DNA from: Macrostomum lignano
Taxonomy: Eukaryota
DNA length: 64,000 bases
Direction: 5' to 3'
NCBI GenBank assembly: GCA_002269645.1
Contig: NIVC01000349.1
Location: 186,001-250,000 of the forward strand
Shown here piece after piece: positions 9,801 through 34,385 of the stretch. The notes under the pieces are model-generated. The model had not been told where the DNA came from. It worked only from the letters and a program-made list of their open reading frames with translations, and made no database searches. A program made the position numbers and the translations under genes. How positions within the stretch are numbered: position 1 is the first letter of the stretch; the number at the start of each line of letters is the position of its first letter.

Positions 9801-11919
9801 CTGAGCTGATCCACCTTGGCTTGTCGAATGATTCGGTAGCTTAATTACATGTATAGGATGACTATTTTTTAAACCCGACTCACCTAACAGCGTCGCTATT
9901 GCCATAGCAACCAATGGAACAGTCATCCTCGGCCAAATCTGACCGGCGTCCACCGCTCCGAACATCTGCCTGTAGAACTTAGCCGGCACAGTCCCCAGCG
10001 CGCACAGTTGGAAGCTCCACTGCAGGCTGCCACAGGCGAGGCAGAGTCCCACCACCGGCCACGAAGTCAGCGCAGATTTCAGCGTAACCAACAGCCGAGA
10101 CCAGCCGCTCTTAGACGTCACCTCCGTCGCCGCCTCCTCATCACTGTCCCAGTCACCAATGTCGTCGCAGGCCTCGGATGTCCACCGGCGGCTCAAGGCA
10201 AGCCAGGCCGTCGACCAGAGACACCCGGTCAGGCCGATGCCGCAGGCGACAGCCGCAAATCCGACCGACTCGGAGCCTGACGTCAGGCCCGCCAGCGACA
10301 CTCCAGCGGCAGCTCCAACGACTGCCCCGAAGCCGGCGCTGGAAGCCAGGCGTGCGCGAGTCGATGTCGACGACCAGCGGCCCCACATGGCGAACGCCGC
10401 TGGCCAGACGCAGCTGTCGGCGGCCGCTTGGACGACTCGAATGACCGATGTAGCAACGCCGGCCACCGCGGCCGAGGCGGCGATTGCTGTTGCTGGCAGC
10501 AGGAGGTTCAACAAGCAGCTGATCAGCACTGCGACACCGAGGAGCTGGTGAGGCGACGTAGGGATCCAACAGTAGCTGCAGCTCACGGAGCTTAAGGCTT
10601 GGATAAACAAGCCGGCTGGTAGGCTGAAAACTGCCAGGCTGATGAGGAAAGCGGCTTCCAGTTGTGAAGTTGACAAAGTGTTCAGCGTTACCTGAGAGTT
10701 TTGGGCGAGAGAATAAAAAATAACGGAATCGGAGTAACCTGAAGTGTCGTAGAGTATAGTGTAGTAGCGCCGATTTCTTTGTCCAAATGGCGCCAATTTG
10801 GGTGTCCTACTGACGCCGATTTGGGTGTCTTAAAGGCGCTAAGTTGGGTGTCTTAATGGCGCTAAGTTGGGTGTCTTAATGGCGCTAAGTTGGGTGTCTT
10901 AATGGCGCCAATTCGAGTCTCCTGTTGACGCCAAATTTGCGTGCCTTAAAACGAAGGCTTCATTGACGTCAAGGCTTCGAGGACTAAATAGACTTTAATT
11001 AAATTGACTTTAATTTCGAACATCCGTAACAGCTGAGTTTGAATATTGAACATTGTGTTTTTGTTAAAATACGTTCTTTTTTCATTTTAAAATTGTTGTA
11101 GATGGCGCTATGTTGTATTTTTCGTTAAAACGGCCCTTTTTAGGCAGAGCGATGGATAAACTTGCATTGCATGCTAAAACTAGTAATAAAGCTCTTTCAA
11201 GAGATACAGTAAATAGTATACAGTAATAATACACTAAAGATCTTGCGTGTCTATATAGTCATACAATCTTAGCACTAGCGTCTGCAATCATAGCTATCTG
11301 TCTAAAAAGGGACATTCAACATAAAATAAATTAAAATCGATTATTAGATTAGCTACTCGTTTCCAGTCTTAATGTTTTTGCGCTCTACTTTAAATTTCTC
11401 AGGGGCACTCATTTACATGTAAGTGTCCTAGGAGTGCCAATTCGAGTGTCTTAGGAGTTCTAATTCCGGATGTATTTGGGGCTCAAATCAAGTCCGCAAC
11501 TAAAAATCTACTTTTTGGTCCTTAAAAGGGCCGTTTTTACACAACTATACCTCTTGCCTACTCTCGCTCCGGTAGACTGTGTCATTGTGCAGCTGCGGAT
11601 CATCAAAATGCTGCACCGATTCGGACTCCTTTGTCGGAGTTATAGCAACCCGGATCTCAGGCTCGGAGCCAAGCTCGCTTCGAATGGCAACCAGCACGGC
11701 TAATCCCAGCATGCTGAGACCAGCAGCTCGAACCCGCAACCAGTTCGGAGCTGCCGAGTTCGAATCTTCATTTTTAACCGACTGGCAAGATCTTTTTCGA
11801 GGCTTCGACGTCTTCTGCGTTGATGCATCCTTCATCAGCTGCCTAGCAACTGGAGGCTGCTGTGATGACGCGTTGCCATCGACGCTTTCGGTTGGCAAGG
11901 GAGTCTCGTCGTTGGGCAT
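6817..11919 (-). CDS. SLC17-family (VGLUT/sialin-like) MFS anion transporter, divergent; exons complement(11551-11919, 9884-10691, 7807-8085, 6817-7112), about 583 aa
   Basis: All three introns are GT-AG with compatible phases (0,1,1). SLC17-like motifs in order: AIRSELG, IRVVQAAADSCVWPA...W..W....R.RL, GGQLIDRL...RRL, LDLAP..A.VL.GL, and C-terminal GSGEVQPWA (cf. VGLUT ASGEKQPWA). Confidence 0.85.
7146..7465. repeat. 13-bp minisatellite (GGTCACTGTCTCA)n with 16-bp variants, in SLC17-like intron 3
   Basis: Directly visible. Confidence 0.93.
8235..9468. repeat. 27-29-bp G-rich minisatellite (CAAAGCCACGCAGGA(C/T)TGGGGGTGGGG)n in SLC17-like intron 2
   Basis: Directly visible; it accounts for the overlapping ORFs at 8115-9739. 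Confidence 0.95.
10790..10915. repeat. Short 23-bp tandem repeat (GGCGCTAAGTTGGGTGTCTTAAT) in SLC17-like intron 1
   Basis: Three near-exact copies plus degenerate flanking units. Confidence 0.8.
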
Positions 11920-12539
11920 GCTTTTAGTGCTTATAAGAAATGATTTCTCAAACAAGATTCTAAAGGCAAGATTTATTTGAAATTTTCTCCCTAACAGCGA
12001 AGAGGGGATTAAAGTGGATTTTAAGCGAAGTTTTGTTGCTATATTTTTATCCCGATACAATTGTAGATTTCTGGGAGGACTAGCAGAGCCAGTCAGGGTC
12101 CTTGCAGCTGGAACAGGGGATCTGAAATGTGAATTATGATCTAAAACTTATCTTATTTCTATAGTCCCTTAGTCCTTGCTTGCTCAGTACTCGTACATGT
12201 ACAGCAGTTAATCCGCCTCCGCAACTTTAATCCCTCGATTGATCTTGCAATTCACAAACAGCCCAGGTAACGCAAACTGCTGGGGTTTAAAATTTGTTGA
12301 AGTTTTACTTCTCTGTAGTTTTGACATTTAAGGATTAAAAAATCTGCATGTCTCGATCTGTGTCCTATGCAATCCAATCTATTAATCTAATGCGTGTCTA
12401 TTAGATGGCATGTTTGCCATGCATGCACACTACGAGTCCAGAGAAGCGTTGTGTATATGTAGCACTATTGTTAGCTTTTTAACGTCGTGTGTTAACAATA
12501 TTTTTGGTTGACAGTTGTAGAAATTAAGAGTCAGATAGG

Positions 12540-13525
12540 AGACCCAACCTCAGAGACAGGGACGCCCACCAAGAGACAGAGGCGCTCATCAAGAGAAAGG
12601 GGCGCCCACACCAAGAGACAGGGGCGGCCACCAAGAGACAGGGGCGACCACACCAAAAGACAGGGGCGGCCACCAAGAGACAGGGGCGACCACCAAGAGG
12701 CGCTGAGTGACAGATGACAGAGACAGAGGCGCTCATCAAGAGAAAGGGGCGCCCACACCAAGAGACAGGGGCGCCCACCAAGAGACAGGGGCGCCCACAC
12801 CAAAAGACAGGGGCGGCCACCAAGAGGCGCTGAGTGACAGATGACAGATGACAGATGACAGAGACAGAGGCGCTCATCAAGAGAAAGGGGCGCCCACACC
12901 AAGAGACAGGGGCGCCCACCAAGAGACAGGGGCGCCCACACCAAAAGACAGGGGCGGCCACCAAGAGGCGCTGAGTGACAGATGACAGATGACAGAGACA
13001 GAGGCAGAGGACAGAAAGGGGCGCCCACACCAAGAGACAGGGACGCCCACCAAGAGACAGAGACGCTCATCAAGAGACAGGGGCGCCCACACCAAGAGAC
13101 AGGGGCGCCCACACCAAGAGACACGGGCGCCCACACCAAGAGACAGGGACATCCAACACCAAGAGACAGGGGCATCCAACACCAAGAGACAGGGCATCCA
13201 ACACCAAGAGACAGGGGCGCCCACTAAGAGACAGGGGCGCCCACCAAGAGACAGGGGCGCCCACCAAGAGACAGGGGCGCCCACCAAGAGACAGGGACGC
13301 CCACCAAGAGACAGGGGCGCCCACCAAGAGACAGGGGCGCCCACCAAGAGACAGAGGCGCCAAAACCAAGAGACAGGGGCGCTCATGTCAAGAGAAAGGG
13401 GCGCTCACACCAAGAGACAGGGGCGCCCACCAAGAGACAGGGGCGCCAAAACCAAGAGACAGGGGCGCTCATCAAGATAAAGGGGCGCCCACACCAAGAG
13501 ATAGGGGCGCCCACCAAGAGACCTG
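12540..13525. repeat. Compound 20/22-bp minisatellite (CCAC(AC)CAAGAGACAGGGGCGC)n with higher-order blocks
   Basis: Directly visible; a ~130-bp block (12716-12843) is repeated at 12851-12978. Confidence 0.92.
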
Positions 13526-13825
13526 TACTACAATTAATATTGGCACCCCTATAGTTTTCAACGCTCCCTTACTCGTACAGTTGAAATTTCTGAAAACGCC
13601 ACTTTCAGAAGCAGCAAAATTCAACAAGAGATTATAGAAAGGGAGGACACAGGACAAAATTAGATTCATAAGCTCCATAGCCACCTGCAGCCACCCAATG
13701 ACACGATTCCCTGCCCTTTATCAAATAAAAGATGATAAAAGGACAAGATGTACATGTAAATCCCATAGGCAGACGTCAATGTTTTTACAAATAACAATAT
13801 ACCTGGTAATTGCAATAGTTTTGCT

Positions 13826-14010
13826 GCAGGGCGACAAAAAATAGGCTCTGAAGCACCAAAATGAGTGCCTGCGGCGCTAAAATGAGCACCTGCTGTGCCA
13901 AAACAAAACGAGCGCTAAAAACACCGATTCTGAAAGCAATGTACACATGTACATGCAGAATTCTTGGCTTTGTCCCCGGTCACCATAAAATCCATGGCGA
14001 CACCCCTTTT
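13826..14010. mobile_element. Fragment of a dispersed non-autonomous element, related to 57815-58299
   Basis: Shares GGCGCTAAAATG units, CACCGATTCT and the end block TTCTTGGCTTTGTC...CCATA.AATCCATGGCGAC.CCCCT with 57815-58299. Confidence 0.55.
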
Positions 14011-14175
14011 CTCTTCTCTTCTAAGAATAGAAGAATAGCTCTACAATAGCTCTTGCTTTTTTCTGTGTACATGTAGAGAGACTGACGTGGTAAAGAAATG
14101 TTTTCATACTCAGCTTTCAGATCTGATCAGATTAGTGTTTAGATCAGCCAGTCCCCAAAACTGCAGTAGTGTCGG

Positions 14176-14700
14176 GTGGGGATGTGAAGGATGGGGATTC
14201 AAAGAATGGGGATTTGGAGGATGGGGATTCGAAGGATGGGGATTTGGAGGATGGGGATTCGAAGGATGGGGATTTGGAGGATGGGAATTTGAAGGATGGG
14301 GATTTGAAGGATGGGAATTTGAAGGATGGGGATTTGGAGGATGGGAATTTGAAGGATGGGGATTTGAAGGATGGGAATTTGAAGGATGGGGATTTGAAGG
14401 ATGGGAATTTGAAGGATGGGGATTTGAAGGATGGGAATTTGAAGGAGGGGGATTTGAAGGATGGGAATTTGAAGGATGGGGATTTGAAGGATAGGAATTT
14501 GAAGGATGGGATTTGAAGGATGGGGGTTTGAAGGGTGGGGATGTGGAGGATGGGGATTTGAAGGATAGGGATTCGAAGGATAGGAATTTGAAGGATGGGG
14601 ATTTGGAGGATGGGAATTTGAAGGATGGGGATTTGAAGGATGGGAATTTGGAGGATGGGGATTTGAAGGACGGGGATTTTAAGGGTGGGGATTTTCAGGC
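14176..14700. repeat. 15-bp minisatellite (GATGGG(G/A)ATTTG(A/G)AG)n
   Basis: Directly visible. Confidence 0.93.
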
Positions 14701-15005
14701 TAGGAATTAGGCAATCTGGGGATTCAAAACCCCAATTTAAAATGATACTCATAGCAAAAAAATAACAAAGCACTCTTAACGCGTGCGCAAATAAGATTTC
14801 CATGCGAGCCAAACCACAAAACTCCCTAAAATATAGCATATTGCCATCGGGTGAATAACACACTAAATTTTAATCATCCTATCGGGAAATTTATTTATTT
14901 TATCATTAATAGACCATTCGACAGAAACTCAAAACACCCAACATCGGGGAACGGCAATAGCAGTTCAGCTTTAGCCGGTCAAGTTAATGACAAGAGAGAG
15001 AAGCT

Positions 15006-17065
15006 CTAGTCGTTAGCAGGCCTGGCCCACTCCACCTTGAGAATGAGATTTCCATAGCCGAAACCCGACACTCCTGTGATGGCTTTCTGGGCGTCCTCCT
15101 TCCGTTGGTAGGTGATGAAAGCGAAGCCCTTGCTAACCATGGTGAGCTTGTCCTTAGCCAGGAAGATTCGATGGATTTTACCGAATGGATTGAACAAGTT
15201 GGCCAGGTCCTCTTCGGTGGTGTCCTCCGGCAGGTTGGTCACCCGGATGGTCGGCTGGTCGTCGCGCCGCTTGTCCATGGGGCCGCCGGGGCTGCCGCCG
15301 GATGTGGCCGCCTGCCTCAGCCCGGGCGGGATGTACTTTCCACCGGCCTCCTTCACCACCGGGGTGGTGGGGGCTCCGGCGTTTAGAGTTGAAGCAGCGG
15401 CGTTCGAACCCGCGACCGCGGAGCTCGGCGCGCCCGGGGTTAGAGAGAGCTAGAAAAAGATATAAAGAGAGATTAGCAATCCACTTTATAAACCTGCTAA
15501 GAGACAGATTAGCAATCCACTTTATGAACCTACTAAGAGACAGATTAGCAATCCACTTTATGAACCTACATGTACTAAGAGACAGATTAGCAATCCACTT
15601 TATGAACCTACTAAGAGACAGATTAGCAATCCACTTTATGAACCTACTAAGAGACAGATTAGCAATCCACTTTATAAACCTACTAAGAGACAGATTAGAT
15701 TAGCAATCCACTTTATAAACCTACTAAGAAATAGATTAGCAATCCACTTTATGAACCTACTAAGAGACAGATTAGCAATCCACTTTATGAACCTACTAAG
15801 AGACAGATTAGCAATCCACTTTATGAACCTACTAAGAGACAGATTAGCAATCCACTTTATAAACCTACTAAAAGACAGATTAGCAATCCACTTTATGAAC
15901 CTACTAAGAGACAGATTAGCAATCCACTTTATGAACCTACTAAGAGACAGATTAGCAATCCACTTTATAAACCTACTAAGAGACAGATTAGCAATCCACT
16001 TTATAAACCTACTAAGAGACAGATTAGCAATCCACTTTATGAACCTACTAAGAGACAGATTAGCAATCCACTTTATGAACCTACTAAGAGACAGATTAGC
16101 AATCCACTTTATGAACCTACTAAGAGACAGATTAGCAATCCACTTTATAAACCTACTAAGAGACAGATTAGCAATCCACTTTATGAACCTACTAAGAGAC
16201 AGATTAGCAATCCACTTTATAAACCTACTAAGAGACAGATTAGCAATCCACTTTATGAACCTACTAAGAAATAGATTAGCAATCCACTTTATGAACCTAC
16301 TAAGAGACAGATTAGCAATCCACTTTATGAACCTACTAAGAGACAGATTAGCAATCCACTTTATAAACCTACTAAGAGACAGATTAGCAATCCACTTTAT
16401 GAACCTACTAAGAAATAGATTAGCAATCCACTTTATGAACCTACTAAGAGACAGATTAGCAATCCACTTTATGAACCTACTAAGAGACAGATTAGCAATC
16501 CACCCACCTGCTGATCAGGATCCAGCGAGTCCTGCCTATCCTTAAACGGACACCTGGTAGTAAAATGCGGCCCCCGGCAGATCCTACAGGTTGCAATATT
16601 CTTGGGCATTTTGCTAGCCAAATCGTCCGCCTGTTTTTCAACTTCGTCCTCCGGGCGGCCGCTGACGAACTGCATGAAGACCTCCTCGGCCGGGTAGGTG
16701 TTGGCCGAGTTCGGGCCCGGTCCGTCCGACTCGGCGGCTCCGTACTTTTTCCATTCTTTTCTACGCGCAATGTTCTTGCTGAGCTTGCGGACTTGCACCT
16801 GCAGCTCCGAGATTACCTGGGGATTGGGGGTAGATTAGCAATCCATTTAAATATGTACCAATGAGATAGATTAGCAATCCGTTCAAATATGTACCAATAT
16901 GATCAAGTTGCACAACAATCAAACCTTAAATAGGTTGCCATCCTCGTCTCGCTGATAGCTGATCTCCCGTTTAATCCCTTTGGATTTGTCATATTCCATT
17001 ACTGGAGCTGGCAGTTGACACTTCATCTGCTCAGCATCCTCCATCTCTTGGGCCCAGTCAGACAT
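15006..17065 (-). CDS. eIF3g: Eukaryotic translation initiation factor 3 subunit G; exons complement(16925-17065, 16508-16816, 15006-15449), 297 aa
   Basis: N-terminal MSDWAQE; ARRKEWKKYG...GP; zinc knuckle CRICRGPHFTTRCPF; GKYIPPGLR; C-terminal RRM (TIRVTNL...KGFAFITY...GFGYGNLILKVEWARP). GT-AG introns, both phase 0. Confidence 0.95.
15470..16502. repeat. 36-bp minisatellite filling eIF3g intron 2
   Basis: Unit GATTAGCAATCCACTTTATGAACCTACTAAGAGACA, close to 29 copies. Confidence 0.96.
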
Positions 17066-17241
17066 TGTGATTGCAACAGAGCTGAAGACATTTCAAAAAA
17101 CAGATTAATAAATAAATTTAGAGGCTTACTTGTAACTAAAAAATCCAATAGTTTTTAAGAAAGTTGATATCAAATATAAATAATATGCAATGATTCCATA
17201 GAGTATTATCAAGCCTTACATCTTAGAAGTAAAAACCGGTA

Positions 17242-17297
17242 CAGAGGCTGACTCAAATTCAAATATCATCAAATTCGAATATCACAGTCAGCCTCTG
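17242..17297. mobile_element. 56-bp Tc1/mariner-pogo-like mini-MITE (TA|CAG...CTG|TA)
   Basis: 12-bp perfect TIR CAGAGGCTGACT/AGTCAGCCTCTG flanked by TA, inside the palindromic target AAAACCGG-TA-CCGGTTTT. Confidence 0.6.
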
Positions 17298-17764
17298 TAC
17301 CGGTTTTCACTGCTATTTCTGGGACAACCCTCATATATACAATATACATTGCCTAGCTTTCAACTAGTGTTCTACCGCCACACCTTTGTATCTCCGTAGC
17401 TATAGCCACACTAAATTTTATCATGCCATCTCCATAGCTGCAATTTGTTATGTTTTAGATAGTCAAATCTCTGTATTCCAAATTTTCCTGTAGCTGTATT
17501 AAAAATTAACAAAATTAAGAAAAACCACTAATTTCTGATTTCTAACCAGTAATGTATCTATTTATTTAGCCAAGAATATAAAAATTTAAATAAAAATAAC
17601 TTTTCTTTACAAAAAAGAGAATTTATATTTAATTACTATTTTGACATTTGCAGACTTCTTTATAATATTTATAAATTGTGGCCAAAGCTGTTTTTATAAA
17701 ACAAGAATTACACTTACATACATGCGCATTGCGCAATCCCCCCCCCTGATTTACACTGGCCATG

Positions 17765-18160
17765 CCCCTATTGGAATAAGTTTCAAAAACCCGCGGACGC
17801 GCGACACGGGTGCCAAAATTGTGCCCTCAAAAGTGCAACGCGACACCAAATTTTGTTGACTGGGGGCGACGACGCGCAACACAACACCAATGCCTGTTGA
17901 CCAAATGACCGGGGGGGGGAGGACACCACAGCAGCCACGTTGCAATTGACAATTCTCGTTCTGGCAACGCGACACATGACAACACCAGCCGCCAAGTTGC
18001 CACACTTTTGTCGCGCGACACGATGCATGACGACACCAGGTTTCCAGTGTCGCACGACGCGACACACCACTTGATAGCACTGTCGCGTGATGCGACACTA
18101 GGAGAATCCAAAAATGCGACGGACAGTTGTCCGCATTTTGTCAACTTATTCCAATAGGGG
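17765..18160. mobile_element. 396-bp MITE with 18-bp TIRs and a 6-bp TSD
   Basis: CCCCTATTGGAATAAGTT ... AACTTATTCCAATAGGGG; GCCATG on both sides (17759-17764, 18161-18166); many internal CGCGACAC/GCGACAC motifs. Confidence 0.8.
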
Positions 18161-21100
18161 GCCATGCAACTTACTTTTTGAGTTTTTGACCAAAAATGTG
18201 ACTTACCTATAAAAGAAACCTTAACACAATTTTGGGTAAATAGCAGGAGGAACTACGATTGTCTTATAAGACAGACGAGCTAAATGTCTCTTCATCTAAT
18301 TAATACTATCTATTCTTTAGGCTGGGCATTTTTGCAACTTACCCCTAGTCCACCACAATTTATGGTGGCCAGATTGGCCAGCAGTTGCACATGTATGTTG
18401 AATTAACTTTTTTACTTCAACACTTTATAGGTACTTCAACTAAGATAACATAAGAATCTAAGTTCTATATTTACTATCTTTGTAGCAAAGTGCCACCATG
18501 TCTACAAACTACTAAAACCAAATATCACTAAGCCACTAGCATTTTAATGCATATAATCTTTTGGACTCTAAGTGCCATTGAGTTTTTCAAGTGGCAAAAA
18601 ACTTAGTAAAGTGGCTACCTTGTCTATGAGCTAAATCTAATGCACTGCACATTTGGATAAAAAAGATAAAGAGGATTGCTAGAATTTCTTCTATATGGCT
18701 AAGTAGAAAATTAATTCAATAAGCTGTTATGATCAAAAAAGCTTAATATCTGAAGACAATGAAACTAGGCCCTTATAGAAAAAAAATAATTTACAAATAT
18801 AGGATAGAAAACCTAGGATTATCATTTGATCAAAATCAATATAATGTGAAAATACAATTAGATTAGAATTTAACAATTGACTATGTCTACAGTTAGTTAT
18901 CTATCTAAGCATAAAAGGGATAGCCTTATATAGAATCATGACAATTGATTAATAACAAGTTTAAGTAGTCATTTGTTGCTTATTGATTACTTCTTAATTA
19001 TTTTTGGTAATTGTTATTTATGCAAATTTAATGCTTAAGCCCCTTCATTGCTTATTTATTTCTTACTTATTGCTTATTAATTGTTAAATTAGTCATTAAA
19101 CTTGATTTATGATCATTCAAATGATTAAAGAAAAACAATCCTTTAATGAATATGTTGGAATGTGTATAAAGGTATTATACACTTTATTGAATCAATATAC
19201 TTAGCTCTATTTTGAGCAATTTAGAAGCAGTTTGATTAAAACTTAATTTGTTGAAAAATTATAGCTTAGGCCTGCCTAATATTTGCTAGATGGATATTAT
19301 ACTAGAATTAAACTATCATTTATAGTCTAGATTATATTAGTTTAGGCCTATACTTATTACTGGGTCCAATATAGGAAAAAATAAGTCCTTTTCTATCTAA
19401 TGCATGATTAAGATAACATCATGGAATCACACATGTCAATGTCTGTACATTTTAATTAATAACATTGGTTTTAATGTTCGTAAAACTGATTGGCTAAAGT
19501 TATTTTCATTTGAAACTATGCCTAGGGGCTATGGCTATAGATTAAGATAGGCCTAATGAAAAGAAGTAGGGGGCCTATGTCAAAATTATTATGGTAGGCC
19601 TAATTTTCAATCTGACTAAACAATATCTGGCAGTTTAATTTTAAGTTAACTTAGGCCTAGAATTATGCCAAATATTGTGTTGAAAGAAAACATGATATGA
19701 TACAGGCCTAAGCATCTAATAGGTTGATTACACATCTCAATAAGGAAGTGAGCATAGCCATAGGCCTACTGATTGATTACTAATCTTCAAAACACAAAAA
19801 CTGAACATCAACATTCTGCATCGAAATTGACGCTTGAAACCTTAAAACGGGATATTATAAGATATTCCGACATGGATTTATAATAAAAAATAGATTTACG
19901 ATTTACGTTGCTTTAACGTGGCAGACGTCAGACGAAATGACCGCGCACCACAATTACAGTGTGTACTACACACCGCTTAGCCAGTAGTCTTAGCCTAGGT
20001 CTTATTATTAACTGGGAAAAACACTAATTTCCAATTTAGGCCTAACCTAGACCTACTATTTTCATGGTGGCCAAATTTAAAAAGAATTTAGTTTTTTTTA
20101 ATAACATATTAATATTGGAAAACCACGCGCTTCAGAAAAAAAACCGCCTTAATTGTGGTTTGAACGATGTTAAAATCAAACAAAAAATCTCGATAGTATA
20201 TTTTAAAAACAGTGTTAATAAACTTAGCTTTTTGTTTAAATATTTTTTGTTTTAAAATAAGAAACCTTTACTGGCTGGACTGTTTTCATTAGACAAAGAG
20301 TTTTCGTTTTTTGTAAGTTTAAACAGAACGAAAATTCATAACTGTATGCACACGAAAGTCCCCGTCCTGCTTGCATTTAAATCAAAATGGCCAGTGTTGT
20401 GGCAGGTATTATACCGATTAGCTTCTCAAAATAATAGTTATTATAAATGACAGCAATATTTATCTAAAAAAATTCTTCTAAAATCTCATGCAGTGTTTAG
20501 ATGCTTCTTAAGCATCTCTAAACAATTTGACAGCGACTCTAAGCGATACAGAGTGTGCATGAATTGCCCTAGTGAGGCTGACATTCTGCCCTTTCACCGA
20601 GCAAATAATAGCATAATATTAATGAATAAGTATAGTTTATTAGGCTTGAAGCATCGCTTCTCTCTAATTATATCCTTTTTTTGTTTACATAATTTCATCT
20701 TAAAAATGTGCCCTACCCGTTTGCTTGTATATTGTTGAAAGTTTTGAATCATTCATTCTGACGTTAGCAGATTTAATAAAGTCATATAAATTTCTAATTT
20801 CAATTTTAATGCTAGCGCCTTGATCCTGATTGACCTGCAATACTGCGCGTATGCAGATGATCGAATTGAAATCGTGATATTTTAGAAAATTGTTGAAGAG
20901 ATTTGTACTGCATGAATACTACTTTGGTCATCACAGCGCTGTGAATTATATATAGATGCAGCATATTTCTGCTACTGCGATAGAAAATATATATTCAAAG
21001 CCTCCTTTGAAATACATACAAGAACACAGAATTAGCACAGAATCACATATATGCTTGGGTCTCAGTGATTAAGTATCTCATATAATTTACCTATAAGAAG

Positions 21101-21278
21101 ATCGTTAAATGTGACTTGCTAAGTCCACAATTATTTCAAAAATAGCTTTCATGGACATGTACACGCACGAATAAAATGTCATACAATGTAGAAAATATTA
21201 GACATTCTGGCACAAGACTCAATATTAAATTAGTTGCACACGACTACAAACGAATATAACAAAATACAAAATTATTAA

Positions 21279-34062
<12,784 letters not shown>

Positions 34063-34214
34063 TGGAAGATGATGATGCCCGGTTGTTATGGGATTCTGGG
34101 GCCAGGTGTCCAAGTCACCTGCGTGTGGAATTGTTTTATGCTTTCAGTTGGAATTATGTTCCGCTTTTCAATGCTTTTCTGCTTCAAAAATTAGACTTTG
34201 GGTCATTTCGGTAA

Positions 34215-34385
34215 CCTCTCTCCCTCTGTACCCTCCTCTCTCCCTCTCTACCCTCCTCTCCTCCTCCTCAGTACCCTCCTCTCTCCCTCTGTACCCTCCT
34301 CTCTCCCTCTGTACCCTCCTCTCTCTCTCAGTACCCTCCTCTCTCACTTAGTACCCTCCTCTCTCCCTCTGTACCCTCCTCTCTC
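34215..34385. repeat. 20-bp minisatellite (CCCTCCTCTCTCCCTCTGTA)n, left part; resumes at 45538-45910
   Basis: Removing 34386-45537 plus one TC restores an intact unit. Confidence 0.9.

Noticed and set aside
10639-10670. CTGATGA hammerhead-like cores here and near 5161 and 58511
   Set aside because: No properly placed GAAA after stem II and no closing stem I.
15751-16545. (MNLLRDRLAIHF)n ORF
   Set aside because: Antisense reading of the 36-bp intronic array of eIF3g.
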